Source of the DNA: Thermoanaerobaculia bacterium
GTDB taxonomy: Bacteria; Acidobacteriota; Thermoanaerobaculia; Multivoradales; UBA5704
NCBI GenBank assembly: GCA_044226625.1
Contig: JBGAGQ010000014.1
Coordinates: forward strand, 32,001 to 96,000
Reading direction: 5' to 3'
Length of the DNA stretch: 64,000 nt
Shown here: positions 37,962-47,697 of the stretch, piece by piece
Position numbering within the stretch: position 1 is the first letter of the stretch
Layout of the letters: the number at the start of each line of letters is the position of its first letter
Notes under the pieces: model-generated
What the model was told of the DNA's origin: nothing
Seen by the model: the letters and a program-made list of their open reading frames with translations, nothing else
Databases searched by the model: none
Made by a program: the position numbers and the translations under genes

Positions 37962-39308
37962 TCACTCCTTGGCGTGCAGCGCGATGTTCAGGCGCAGCAG
38001 CACGCGCTCGAGCGAGGCCGCGTCGCGGATGTCGACCTCCAGGTCGCGCACCGCGTCCATCACCCGGTGATCGTCGTCCTCGACCTGGAAGCTCACCAGG
38101 AAGCGGCGAGCACGGGCGAAGTCCGCCTTTTTGAGCGTGAGGTCGATCGAGCGCGACAGCTCGCCGCGGCCGTTCTTGAGCGCCGCTGCCGCCGCGCTTC
38201 CGGGAATCGCTCCCGTGCCGGGGATGGACGTGATCCCTGGCATGCTGCCGGACGGGATGCCGGGTGAGGTCCCGCCGGTTCCAGCGATCCCGGCGGAAGC
38301 CGCGGGCACCGCGCGGGGGCTCGGCAGGGGAGGCGCGGGCGCGACCCTAGGAGGAGCGGCGGGAGCAGGGCTCGGCGTCGGCCTGGAGGGCGCCGCCGCC
38401 TCGCGTCGGATCTTCTCGAGCTCCGACAAGACGTCCACAGTTCTCCGGCTTCCGGTCGTCGTCCCGACCTTGCTCGGCGTCGCCGGATGCGGAGGCGGGG
38501 GCGCCGCGGCGGGGCGGGCGGCCGGAGCGGGAGCCGCGGCGGCGGGAGGAGGCACGGGCTTGGGCAGCGGAGGAGGCGTCTGGACGGCGGCCGGAGCCGG
38601 GCGGGCGGCGGCAGGCGCGGACGGAACGGCCGGGGCCGCCGCGGGGGGCGGAACGACCGGCTTGGGCAGCGGCGGCGGCGCGGGACGTCCGGCCGCGGGC
38701 GCTTGCGTCTCTCCGGGCCGGCCCAGTCGCTTCTTGAGCGACATCAGCGTCAGCTTAGAGATCCCCTTGAGCGTCTCGAATACGCCGTGGCCGAGCGGCG
38801 CCGACGACTCGAAGTGGAGCCAGCCGTTGCGGTTGAGATTGCGGTTCATCTCGTCGACCGTGCAGATGTCCGGCAGGTCGCGCTTGTTGTATTGAAGGAC
38901 CAGGGGCAGGCTGTCGGTCGACAGGCCCATCTCGGCCAGGTTTTCCTCCAGGTTGCGGAAGGACTCCTGGTTCGCTTGGATCATCGCGCGCTGCGAGTCG
39001 GCGACGAAGACGACGCCGTCCACCCCCTTGAGCACCAACTTCCGGGTCGTGTTGTAGAAGACTTGCCCTGGCACGGTGTAGAGCTGGATGCGGGTGGAGA
39101 AGCCGGCGATGGTGCCGACGTCGATCGGCAGGAGGTCGAAGAACAGCGTACGGTCCGTCTCAGTTTCGAGAGAGACCATCTCACCGCGAGAATCTCCCGC
39201 GGTGTGTTTATAGATGTAATGCAGATTGGTCGTCTTGCCGCACAGGCCCGGGCCGTAATACACGACCTTGGCCGCCATCTGCATCGTGCTGTAGTTGAAG
39301 AAAACCAT
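37962..39308 (-). CDS. mglA: MglA-family small GTPase with Pro/Ala linker and extra C-terminal domain
   Basis: KVVYYGPGLCGKTTNL, RTLFFDLLP, TVPGQVFY, GVDGVVFVADSQ, YNKRDL; about 250 extra residues. Confidence 0.9.
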   Translation of the reverse strand: MVFFNYSTMQMAAKVVYYGPGLCGKTTNLHYIYKHTAGDSRGEMVSLETETDRTLFFDLLPIDVGTIAGFSTRIQLYTVPGQVFYNTTRKLVLKGVDGVVFVADSQRAMIQANQESFRNLEENLAEMGLSTDSLPLVLQYNKRDLPDICTVDEMNRNLNRNGWLHFESSAPLGHGVFETLKGISKLTLMSLKKRLGRPGETQAPAAGRPAPPPLPKPVVPPPAAAPAVPSAPAAARPAPAAVQTPPPLPKPVPPPAAAAPAPAARPAAAPPPPHPATPSKVGTTTGSRRTVDVLSELEKIRREAAAPSRPTPSPAPAAPPRVAPAPPLPSPRAVPAASAGIAGTGGTSPGIPSGSMPGITSIPGTGAIPGSAAAAALKNGRGELSRSIDLTLKKADFARARRFLVSFQVEDDDHRVMDAVRDLEVDIRDAASLERVLLRLNIALHAKE

Positions 39309-39443
39309 ATTCCGGCCGACCTCGGGGACGGGTCGGGGAGCATAGCACCAATGGTGTCGGTAAGAAGCCGCCCCCAGGTGGGGGCTCCCGCCCCTCCCCT
39401 TGGGGGCGGGTGGCGATCCCGGGCGGTCCGCCGAACGACGGAC

Positions 39444-40274
39444 TCAGCTTTCCAGGAGCATCTGGAGCAGCTGGCGCCGTTCGGCGGTCATCGGCTCGAC
39501 CCTGCCGCGCTGGCGGAGCGTCTCGGCGGCGAGGCCGCGGACCCACGGGGGCATCTCCGGGGCGATCTTCGCGAGCTCGGCGAGCTGGGCAAGCACGGTC
39601 TCCCGATCGCCGCGCGCGGCCGGGCCGGTGATGGCGCGGGCGGGGTCCCGGGCCTCCCGTGCGGCTTCGACCGCGCCGCGGGCGAGCTCCAGGTAGCCGC
39701 CGACCGCGCCGGGCGGAAGTCCTAGCCGGCCCGCGAGGTCGGCCGCCGCGGCGAGCAGCGTGGTGACCCCCCCGGCGGCGAGGGTCGCGGCGAAGTGGTA
39801 GAGGAGCCGCGCCTCTTCGGGGATGGCGCCGCTCTCTGCGCCCCAGGCCAGCGCGAGGCGCTCGCCGACGGCGATCGCCTCCGGATCGCCGTCGAGGCCG
39901 AAGAAGATGCCCCGCGCCTCGCCCGAATCCGAGCGGACGGTCGGAAAAGCCTTGAGCGGATGGAACGAGCCGATCGCCGAGCCGCCCGTCCCGATCGGCG
40001 CCAGCGCCCGGAACGTCCGGCTGCCCGAGGTGTGGAGGACGACCCGCGCCTGCGGCCGCTCGGCGAGCCGTTCGGCGACCCGGTCGAGGACGCCGTCCGG
40101 AACCGCGATCAGGAGCAGGTCCTGGCCGGCGCTCGACAGGTCCTCGCCCCGGCCCGCGACCGCCACCTGCCGCGCCCCCGCCGAGGTCGCCCAGGCCGCC
40201 AGGCTCTGGCCGACCCGCCCCGGTCCGACCAGGGAGAAGGAGAAATTCGCGAGCTGTCGGTCGGGAGAGGGCAC
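39444..40274 (-). CDS. Rossmann-like / DUF2520 oxidoreductase (PanG-like)
   Basis: VGPGRVG, AVPD, HTSG, SFHPL, YHFAA, ITGPAARGD; probable GTG start at 40274. Confidence 0.88.
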   Translation of the reverse strand: MPSPDRQLANFSFSLVGPGRVGQSLAAWATSAGARQVAVAGRGEDLSSAGQDLLLIAVPDGVLDRVAERLAERPQARVVLHTSGSRTFRALAPIGTGGSAIGSFHPLKAFPTVRSDSGEARGIFFGLDGDPEAIAVGERLALAWGAESGAIPEEARLLYHFAATLAAGGVTTLLAAAADLAGRLGLPPGAVGGYLELARGAVEAAREARDPARAITGPAARGDRETVLAQLAELAKIAPEMPPWVRGLAAETLRQRGRVEPMTAERRQLLQMLLES

Positions 40275-40400
40275 TGAGCTACAATATGGGCGCTTTTCGA
40301 TGCATGGCAAGAGGCGCATGCCCGAACCGAAAGGTCCTCTCTTTCCTTGAAGATCGATGAAGCCTCGACATCCGCGACCAGCCGATTCGCCGAACTGACC

Positions 40401-41474
40401 ATGGCCGACCGACCCCACCCCAAGAAGACCCAGCCCAAGCTCTCGGCGCGCGATCGCGAGATCTTGAAGAAGGTGGTGGCCTCCTACGTGCTGTCGGCCG
40501 AGCCGGTTTCGTCTCGGACGGTGGCCAAGCAGGGAGAGCTGGGCCTTTCGGCGGCGACGATCCGCAACGTCATGGCGGACCTCGAGGAGTGGGGCTATCT
40601 CGTTCAGCCGCACACTTCCGCCGGCCGGGTTCCCACGCGGAGCGCCTATCGGATGTTCGTCGACTCTCTGATGGAGGCGCGGCCCGTGCCGGTCCGACAG
40701 CGGCGATACATCGAGGGGCAACTCGGACCCGGCGACCCGGAACAGATCATGAGCTCGGCGTCGCACCTGCTGTCCGAGCTGTCGCATCAGGTTGGACTCG
40801 TCGTGACGCCTTCGATCGCCGAAACCATCCTCGCCTCGGTCGAGTTCGTACCGCTCTCGGGGCGAAAGGTCCTCTGCGTGCTGGTCTCGACCTCCGGATT
40901 CACGGAGACCAAGGTGATCGAGGTCGCGGAGGTCGTGCCGCGCGAAGACTTGGTGCGGATCTCCAATTACCTGTCGGAGAACTTCTCCGGTTCGTCGATC
41001 CGGGAGGCGCGCGACCGGCTGCTGCGGATGTTGGCCGAAGAGAGAGCGCAGATGGACCGCCAGCTCGCCCTAGCAATCGAGCTCGCCCGACACGCCCTCG
41101 ACATCCACGCCGGTCCTGGGGTTCTGGTGGACGGCACCTCCGAGGTCCTCGCACAGCCCGAGCTGGCCGACATCGGCCGGGTCCGCCGGATGTTCGACAC
41201 CTTCGCCGACAAGGCGCGTCTGGTGTCGATCCTCTCGCGTTGCCTCCAGGGGGGCGGCGTGCGAGTCTGGATCGGTGCCGACAGCGACCTGACCTCGGAG
41301 CTCGATTTCAGTCTGGTTGCGACCACCTACGGCGTCGGTGAGCGGCCGCTCGGCACGCTCGGCGTCCTCGGACCGTCGCGGATGGAATACGAGAGGGTGA
41401 TCCCGCTGGTCGACTACCTGGGCGAGGCGCTGTCGCGCGCGCTCGGGGAAACTCTCGGCGGCCGCGCCGAATGA
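40401..41474 (+). CDS. hrcA: Heat-inducible transcription repressor
   Basis: EPVSSR, SAATIRNVMADLE, QPHTSAGRVPT, GVLGPSRMEY. Confidence 0.97.
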   Translation: MADRPHPKKTQPKLSARDREILKKVVASYVLSAEPVSSRTVAKQGELGLSAATIRNVMADLEEWGYLVQPHTSAGRVPTRSAYRMFVDSLMEARPVPVRQRRYIEGQLGPGDPEQIMSSASHLLSELSHQVGLVVTPSIAETILASVEFVPLSGRKVLCVLVSTSGFTETKVIEVAEVVPREDLVRISNYLSENFSGSSIREARDRLLRMLAEERAQMDRQLALAIELARHALDIHAGPGVLVDGTSEVLAQPELADIGRVRRMFDTFADKARLVSILSRCLQGGGVRVWIGADSDLTSELDFSLVATTYGVGERPLGTLGVLGPSRMEYERVIPLVDYLGEALSRALGETLGGRAE

Positions 41475-41570
41475 CGTACCGCGAGAGCTCCACCTCCAGG
41501 CCTGGAATCGCGGGCTCGGAGCTTTGGTTTAGGAACGGTTCGAACAGAGGTTCGAGCCGAGCGTCGGATG

Positions 41571-41619
41571 GCAGAGTTGGAACGCAGAGCTAGAAAGAAG
41601 AGCTGGAGAGCAGATAAGA
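41571..41619 (+). repeat. Imperfect 13-bp purine-rich tandem repeat directly upstream of grpE
   Basis: gcagagttggaac / gcagagctagaaa / gaagagctggaga / gcagataaga. Confidence 0.6.
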
Positions 41620-42261
41620 ATGGCGAACGACGAAACGAACGACAGGGGCGCGACCGAGTTGGACCTGGATGCCGACGGCAGTCCGGACCTCGCGGCGGCG
41701 ATCGAGCAGGCGGTGGCCGCCGTGGAAGGGGTGGAGTCGGCCGCCAAGGCGGGAACGCGCGGCACGGCGGAGCTCGAAGCCGAGAACTCCCGATTGAGCC
41801 GCGAGCTTGAAGAGCTGCGTTCCCGTTCGGTCCGAACCCTGGCCGACTTCGACAACTTCCGCAAGCGCAACGAGCGCGAACGCGACGAGATCCGGCGCTA
41901 CGCCGCGACCGAGGCGATCCGCGAGTTCGTCGGCGTGGTCGACAATCTCGAGCGCGCGGTTCAAGCCGGAGGCTCGGCCGACGATTTGAAGCGGGGCGTG
42001 GAGCTGATCGCCCGTCAGATGCAGGAGGCCTTGCGCCGGGTCGGGGTGCAGGAGGTCGTGTCGGAGGGAGCTCCCTTCGATCCTGCGGTCCACGAGGCGG
42101 TCTCTCGCGAGGAGAGCGCCGGGGTCACGTCGCCGACCGTGGTGGCGGCGTTGCAGCGTGGCTACATGCTCCACGACAGGCTGCTGCGACCGGCGATGGT
42201 TCGCGTGGCGGTGCCGATCGAAAAGGTGGGGGCGAAGGCTTCGGAGGCGGGCGAGGCGTGA
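41620..42261 (+). CDS. grpE: Nucleotide exchange factor GrpE
   Basis: ADFDNFRKR, VDNLERA, FDPAVHEA, GYMLHDRLLRPAMVRV. Confidence 0.97.
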   Translation: MANDETNDRGATELDLDADGSPDLAAAIEQAVAAVEGVESAAKAGTRGTAELEAENSRLSRELEELRSRSVRTLADFDNFRKRNERERDEIRRYAATEAIREFVGVVDNLERAVQAGGSADDLKRGVELIARQMQEALRRVGVQEVVSEGAPFDPAVHEAVSREESAGVTSPTVVAALQRGYMLHDRLLRPAMVRVAVPIEKVGAKASEAGEA

Positions 42262-42319
42262 CGCGACGGCCTGCGACGACCGAGGGCTCGGCCTTGCGCG
42301 CCGGGGTGGGGGGTGACGC

Positions 42320-44143
42320 TTGAGCAAGATCCTGGGCATCGACCTCGGAACGACGAACAGCTGCGTCGCGATCGTCGAGGCGCTCGCGCCGCGCGTGCTC
42401 GCAAACCGCGAGGGGAGCCGCACGACTCCCTCGATCGTCGCGTTCGCCGAAGAGGGAGATCGGTTGGTGGGGCAGATCGCGAAACGCCAGGCGATCACCA
42501 ACCCGCAGAACACGATCTTCGCGGTCAAGCGGCTGATCGGCAGGAAACATGGATCGCCCGAGGTGACCCGTGCCCGTGAGGTCTTGCCCTACAACCTCGT
42601 GCCGTCCAACAACGGCGACGTCAAGATCGAGATTCGTGATCGCAACTACAGCCCCGAGGAGATCTCGGCTTTCGTCCTGCGCGAGATCAAGGAGTTCTGC
42701 GAGGAGACGCTCGGCGAGCCGATCCGCGAGGCGGTGATCACGGTGCCGGCCTATTTCGACGACTCGCAGCGCCAGGCGACGAAGGACGCCGGCCGCATCG
42801 CGGGGCTCGAAGTACTGCGGATCCTGAACGAGCCGACCGCCGCGGCGCTCGCCTACGGTCTCGACAAGACTCAGGTGGGCAAAAAGATCGTCGTCTACGA
42901 CCTCGGCGGAGGCACGTTCGACGTCTCGGTCCTCGAGCTCGCCCAGGGGGTGTTCGAGGTCCGCTCGACGGCGGGCGACACCTATCTCGGCGGCGAGGAC
43001 TTCGATCTCAAGATCATGGATTGGCTGATCGAGGAGTTCCTGGCCGAGACCGGCATCGACTTGCGGCACGACCGGATGGCGCTCCAGCGTCTGAAGGAAG
43101 GGGCCGAGCGGGCGAAGTGCGAGCTGTCGAACGGCGAGGAAGCCTCGATCAACCTGCCGTTCATCTCGGCCGACGAGAACGGCCCGAGGCATCTCGCGCG
43201 GACCCTCACTCGCAGCCATTTCGAGGCGCTCGTCCACGAGTTGGTCGAACGCACCGAAGGTCCCTGTCTGGACGCCCTTCGATCGGCGGCGCTGCGCGCG
43301 GACCAGATCGACGAGGTCCTCCTGGTCGGTGGCCAGACACGGACGCCGCTGGTCATTCGCACGGTCGAGCGGATCTTCGGCCGCTCGCCGAACCGCGAGA
43401 TCAATCCGGACGAGGTGGTGGCGATCGGCGCGGCGATCCAGGGCGGCATCCTGCGCGGCGACATCAAGGACCTCGTGCTGCTCGACGTCACGCCTCTTTC
43501 GATCGGTGTCGAGACCCACGGCGGCCTGTTCACCAAACTGATCGAGCGCAACTCGACGATCCCGACCAAGAACACGCAGATCTTCACCACGGTCGCCGAC
43601 AACCAAGACACGGTGGCGATCCATGCCCTCCAGGGCGAGCGGCAGTTCGCCGCGGAAAACCGTTCGCTCGGCCGGTTCGAGCTGGTGGGCATTCCGGCCG
43701 CGCCGCGGGGAACGCCGCAGATCGAGGTGACGTTCGCGATCGATTCGAACGGCATCGTGAGCGTGACCGCGCGGGACCTCGCGACGAACCTCACCCAGAC
43801 GATTCAGATCAATCCGGCCGGCGGTCTTTCCGAGGGAGAGATCAAGCGTCTGGTCGACGAGGCCGAGACGAACGCCAAGAGCGACCTCGAACGGCGCGAG
43901 ATTCGGCAGCTGAAGAATCGGCTGGAAGGTCTCATCTACAGCAACGAGCGAGTTTTCGAACAGTTCAGCGACATGCTCCCGGAAGACGACCGCCAGCGCA
44001 TTCACGACGCCATCCTGCAGGCCCGGGTGGCGATCGCCAACGAGCAGCGGGCGGACATCGAAGGGGCTCTCTACGACCTCACCTCGGTTTCGCGCGTGTT
44101 GTCCGACGCGATGTTGAACCGGGCGAGCGGCGCGGCCGGTTGA
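42320..44143 (+). CDS. dnaK: Chaperone DnaK
   Basis: GIDLGTTNS, TVPAYF, DLGGGTFDVS, LVGG, VLLDVTPLS linker; TTG start. Confidence 0.97.
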   Translation: MSKILGIDLGTTNSCVAIVEALAPRVLANREGSRTTPSIVAFAEEGDRLVGQIAKRQAITNPQNTIFAVKRLIGRKHGSPEVTRAREVLPYNLVPSNNGDVKIEIRDRNYSPEEISAFVLREIKEFCEETLGEPIREAVITVPAYFDDSQRQATKDAGRIAGLEVLRILNEPTAAALAYGLDKTQVGKKIVVYDLGGGTFDVSVLELAQGVFEVRSTAGDTYLGGEDFDLKIMDWLIEEFLAETGIDLRHDRMALQRLKEGAERAKCELSNGEEASINLPFISADENGPRHLARTLTRSHFEALVHELVERTEGPCLDALRSAALRADQIDEVLLVGGQTRTPLVIRTVERIFGRSPNREINPDEVVAIGAAIQGGILRGDIKDLVLLDVTPLSIGVETHGGLFTKLIERNSTIPTKNTQIFTTVADNQDTVAIHALQGERQFAAENRSLGRFELVGIPAAPRGTPQIEVTFAIDSNGIVSVTARDLATNLTQTIQINPAGGLSEGEIKRLVDEAETNAKSDLERREIRQLKNRLEGLIYSNERVFEQFSDMLPEDDRQRIHDAILQARVAIANEQRADIEGALYDLTSVSRVLSDAMLNRASGAAG

Positions 44144-44199
44144 AACGCGCGAACGTTCGACTTTAGCCACAAAAAGATCGAAGGAAGACGGGGCCAGGG

Positions 44200-45306
44200 A
44201 TGGCGAAGCGGGATTATTACGAGGTGCTCGGGGTCGCGCGCGACGCGGGCGAAAAAGAGATCAAATCGGCGTATCGAAAGCTCGCCGTCCAGTTCCACCC
44301 GGACAAGAATCCGGGCGACGCGGAAGCCGAAGAGCGCTTCAAGGAAGCGGCCGAGGCCTATTCGATCCTCTCCGATGCGGAGAAACGCCAGCGCTACGAC
44401 CGGTTCGGCCATCAAGGGGTGGCCGGGGCCGGCGCCGCGGGATTCGATCCCAACACCTTCGGCGATTTCGCCGACATCTTGGGCGACCTGTTCGGCTTCG
44501 GCCGGCGGTCCGGCGGCTCGCCGAACGGCCCGCAGCGCGGCGCGGATCTCCGTTACGACCTCGAGCTCACCTTCGAGGAGGCGGCGTTCGGCAGCGAGCA
44601 GAAGCTGCGCGTGCCGCGGCTCGAGAAGTGCGACACCTGCAGCGGATCGGGGAGCGCCTCGGGCAAGCCGCCGGTTGCGTGCTCGGCGTGCGGAGGGCGC
44701 GGCCAGGTGCGTGTCTCCCAAGGGTTTCTCACCTTCGCCAGCACCTGTCCCCAGTGCCAGGGCGAAGGGCGTGTCGTCTCCGATCCCTGCAAGGCGTGCC
44801 GCGGCGGCGGTCGGGTGGAGCGGGAGCGCACGCTCGAGGTGCGCATTCCCGCCGGAGTCGACACCGGAAGCCGGATGCGCCTGGTGGGCGAGGGGGAGCA
44901 GGGGCGCAACGAGGGTCCGACGGGCGACCTCTACGTGGTGATCTCGGTCAAGCCGCATTCGCGGTTCGAGCGGGACGGATCGACGGTCTACTCGCGCCAC
45001 AAGATCTCCTATCCGCAGGCCGTCTTGGGCGCCAAAGTCCAGGTCGAGACGATCCACGGCATGACCTCGCTCGAGATCCCCGCCGGGACCCAGCACGGCA
45101 AAGACTTCCATCTGCGTGGGCAGGGGATCGAGCGGCTCCACGGCGGCGGCAAGGGAGAGCACGTGGTGGTGGTCGAGCTCGCCGTGCCTCACCCGCGCGA
45201 TCTGGGGGACGAAGAGGTGGACCTCCTCCGCCAGCTCGCCGGGCTCGCCGGCGAGGAGGTCAAGGAGCCGGGCGTCCTCCACAAGGTGAAGAACCTGTTC
45301 AGCTGA
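44200..45306 (+). CDS. dnaJ: Chaperone DnaJ
   Basis: J domain with HPD, four CxxCxGxG repeats. Confidence 0.98.
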   Translation: MAKRDYYEVLGVARDAGEKEIKSAYRKLAVQFHPDKNPGDAEAEERFKEAAEAYSILSDAEKRQRYDRFGHQGVAGAGAAGFDPNTFGDFADILGDLFGFGRRSGGSPNGPQRGADLRYDLELTFEEAAFGSEQKLRVPRLEKCDTCSGSGSASGKPPVACSACGGRGQVRVSQGFLTFASTCPQCQGEGRVVSDPCKACRGGGRVERERTLEVRIPAGVDTGSRMRLVGEGEQGRNEGPTGDLYVVISVKPHSRFERDGSTVYSRHKISYPQAVLGAKVQVETIHGMTSLEIPAGTQHGKDFHLRGQGIERLHGGGKGEHVVVVELAVPHPRDLGDEEVDLLRQLAGLAGEEVKEPGVLHKVKNLFS

Positions 45307-45316
45307 GCGTTCTCGG

Positions 45317-47650
45317 TTGAGAGACGATCCGTCGAAGCACCCCGCGCGCCTCGACCTCGCCGTGCTCGCCGCGGCCGTCCTGTTGTGGGCATGGGTGTGC
45401 GTGCCGACCCTGCTTGGCGAACGGACGTTCTACTTGCGTGACGTCTTCCTCACCCACCTGCCGTTCAAGGCGTTCGGCGCCGCGGAGCTCGCCGCCGGCC
45501 GCATCCCCGCGTTCAATCCGACCTGGGGCCTCGGCCAGCCGTTCCGCGGCAACCCGAACGCCCTGGCGTTCTATCCGGACAATCTGTTCTATCGGGTGCT
45601 GCCGTTCTGGAGTGCGTTCAACCTCCACTATGCGCTCCATTGGCTGCTCGCGCTGTTCGCGATGCGCGCTCTCGCCCGCGGCCTCGGGCAGGGCCGGACC
45701 GCGGCCCTCCTGGCCGGCCTGACCTACGCCGGGTCGGGTTGGTTCCTCTCGGCGCTCACCTATTACAACGTGCTCACCGTCGCCGCCTGGTGGCCGCTCG
45801 CGATGCTCGGCGCCGTGCGCGGCGGGCGGCGGGGCGCCGCGCTCGGCGGGATCGCCTGCGGCCTCGCGCTGCTGGGGGGCGAGCCGGTGACCGCGACGCT
45901 GGCGCTCGTTCCCCTGCTCTACGCGGCGATCTCCCATCATGGCTGGCGCCGCGGAGTCGCGCACTCCGTGGCGATCGGTGCTCTGGGGCTCGCGATCGCG
46001 TTGCCTCAGGTTGTGGCGACGATTCGCATCCTCCCCTTTACCGTGCGCGGCGGCATCGGCATGAGCGCCGCCCAGGCGGCCGACTTCCGCCTCCATCCGC
46101 TGCGGCTACTCGAGCTGCTCGTACCGTTTCCGTTCGGCCGGCCCACCTACCTCGGCCCTGACGGCATCTGGGCCGCCTCGGTCCTCCCGGGGGTGCCGCT
46201 GTTCCTCTCTCTCTACGTGGGAATCGTGGCCCTATGGTTGGCGCTCGCCGCCGCGCGGCGGCATCGCGGCTGGGCGCTTCTCGCACTCGGCGGGCCGCTG
46301 CTCGCGGTCCTCGCCGGCCGCTCCGGGGATTTACTGGTTAAGGTGGGTTTCGGCCTGTTCCGGTTCCCGGAGAAGTTCGTCCTCTGGCTCGCGATCGGCC
46401 TGCCGATCCTCGCCGGCTGGGGACTCGAACGGGCGCTTGACCAGGGGCTCGGCGGGTGGCGAAGGCGCGGGGCGATCACCGGCAGCTTGTTGCTGCTCGC
46501 GGCCGGCGCCGTGGGACTCGCGGGCCCCTTCCTCCGCGAGGGGGTCAGCCGCACGCTCGAAGCCGGCGGGTCGCTCGCCGCGGGGCTCCCGAAGGAGCAG
46601 CAGGGCGCCGCGCTCGCCCTGCTTTCGACGCAGATCGACGCCTGGACATGGGCCCTCCTGATCGCGGGCGGCTCCCTTCTCGTCGCCTTCTACGTCACGC
46701 GGACGCGGATCGCTCGCCCTTGGCAGGGGGTAGCGCTCGCGGCCCTGCAGCTTCTCGCGCTCATCCAGCTCTATCCCCTCGTGACGACCGATCGAGCCGA
46801 GCCGTATCGGAGTCCATCGCCTTGGGCGCGCCGGGTCGGAGCGGGTGCCGCGGTACACAGCGTGCTGCAAGGGTACCCGCCGTGGGGTTCCTCGCCGCAG
46901 TTCGATCTGCCGAGGGGGCCGCACCGGCCGGTCGACCAATTCTGGGCGATGAACCTGGGGGCCGCCCCGGGAGTCGCCCACGGCCTCAGCTATCCGTTAG
47001 CGCCCGATCTCGAAGGGATGCACTCGCCGCTGTTCAAGCCGATGCTGGAGGCGCTCCCTTCGCTCGATTGGGAACGGCGCGTCCACTGGTTCCGCGCGGT
47101 CGGGGTCCAAGCCATCGCCCGGTTCGAGGATCCGAACCTACCGGAGGTTCCGGGGTTGCGTCGGCTCGACCGCGCGGAAGCGCTGGGGGTCGCCACTCGC
47201 CTGGATGCCGTAGAGAAACCCGCGCCGCCGGTTTGGTGGCCGCGGACGCTGCGCGAGGTGGCGAGCCCCGAAGAGGCCCGAATCGAAATCTCGAACGAGC
47301 CCGATCCCCTCGGGATCGTGACGATTGCCGTCGTTCCCGGCGATCCGCTTCCGCGCCACGATTCAGCCGGGCGCGTTCGCCTGCTCTCCGCCGCCCCGGA
47401 CCGGATCGAGATCGAGACCGAAGGGGGCGGGGGCGTGGCCGTGGTTCGCCGCGCCTGGCAGCCCTTGTTCGTGGCGCGCGAGAACGGACGAACGATTCGA
47501 ACCCGCCCGGTGAACTTGAACCTCCTCGGGGTGGAGGCGCCGGCCGGCAAGCATCGCATCGTGCTCGAGGTCTCCGCTTGGCCGGAGATCGCCGCCGGCT
47601 TCCTTGCCCTTGGAGCGCTCGCGGCGGCGCTCGTCGCTCTGCGCCGCTAG
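45317..47650 (+). CDS. YfhO-like polytopic membrane protein (GT-C glycosyltransferase-like)
   Basis: RD near the N-terminus, GRIPAFNP..GLGQPF..NP...FYP, many TM helices, C-terminal VEAPAGKHRIVL plus TM. Confidence 0.78.
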   Translation: MRDDPSKHPARLDLAVLAAAVLLWAWVCVPTLLGERTFYLRDVFLTHLPFKAFGAAELAAGRIPAFNPTWGLGQPFRGNPNALAFYPDNLFYRVLPFWSAFNLHYALHWLLALFAMRALARGLGQGRTAALLAGLTYAGSGWFLSALTYYNVLTVAAWWPLAMLGAVRGGRRGAALGGIACGLALLGGEPVTATLALVPLLYAAISHHGWRRGVAHSVAIGALGLAIALPQVVATIRILPFTVRGGIGMSAAQAADFRLHPLRLLELLVPFPFGRPTYLGPDGIWAASVLPGVPLFLSLYVGIVALWLALAAARRHRGWALLALGGPLLAVLAGRSGDLLVKVGFGLFRFPEKFVLWLAIGLPILAGWGLERALDQGLGGWRRRGAITGSLLLLAAGAVGLAGPFLREGVSRTLEAGGSLAAGLPKEQQGAALALLSTQIDAWTWALLIAGGSLLVAFYVTRTRIARPWQGVALAALQLLALIQLYPLVTTDRAEPYRSPSPWARRVGAGAAVHSVLQGYPPWGSSPQFDLPRGPHRPVDQFWAMNLGAAPGVAHGLSYPLAPDLEGMHSPLFKPMLEALPSLDWERRVHWFRAVGVQAIARFEDPNLPEVPGLRRLDRAEALGVATRLDAVEKPAPPVWWPRTLREVASPEEARIEISNEPDPLGIVTIAVVPGDPLPRHDSAGRVRLLSAAPDRIEIETEGGGGVAVVRRAWQPLFVARENGRTIRTRPVNLNLLGVEAPAGKHRIVLEVSAWPEIAAGFLALGALAAALVALRR

Positions 47651-47697
47651 GCCCGCCGTTGGGTCAGAATAGAGCCCAGCAAAAAAGGAGCGGATCC

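Noticed and set aside
40265-40296. Possible CIRCE upstream of hrcA (GGCACTG...GGGCGCT)
   Set aside because: Wrong spacing and several mismatches to TTAGCACTC-N9-GAGTGCTAA.
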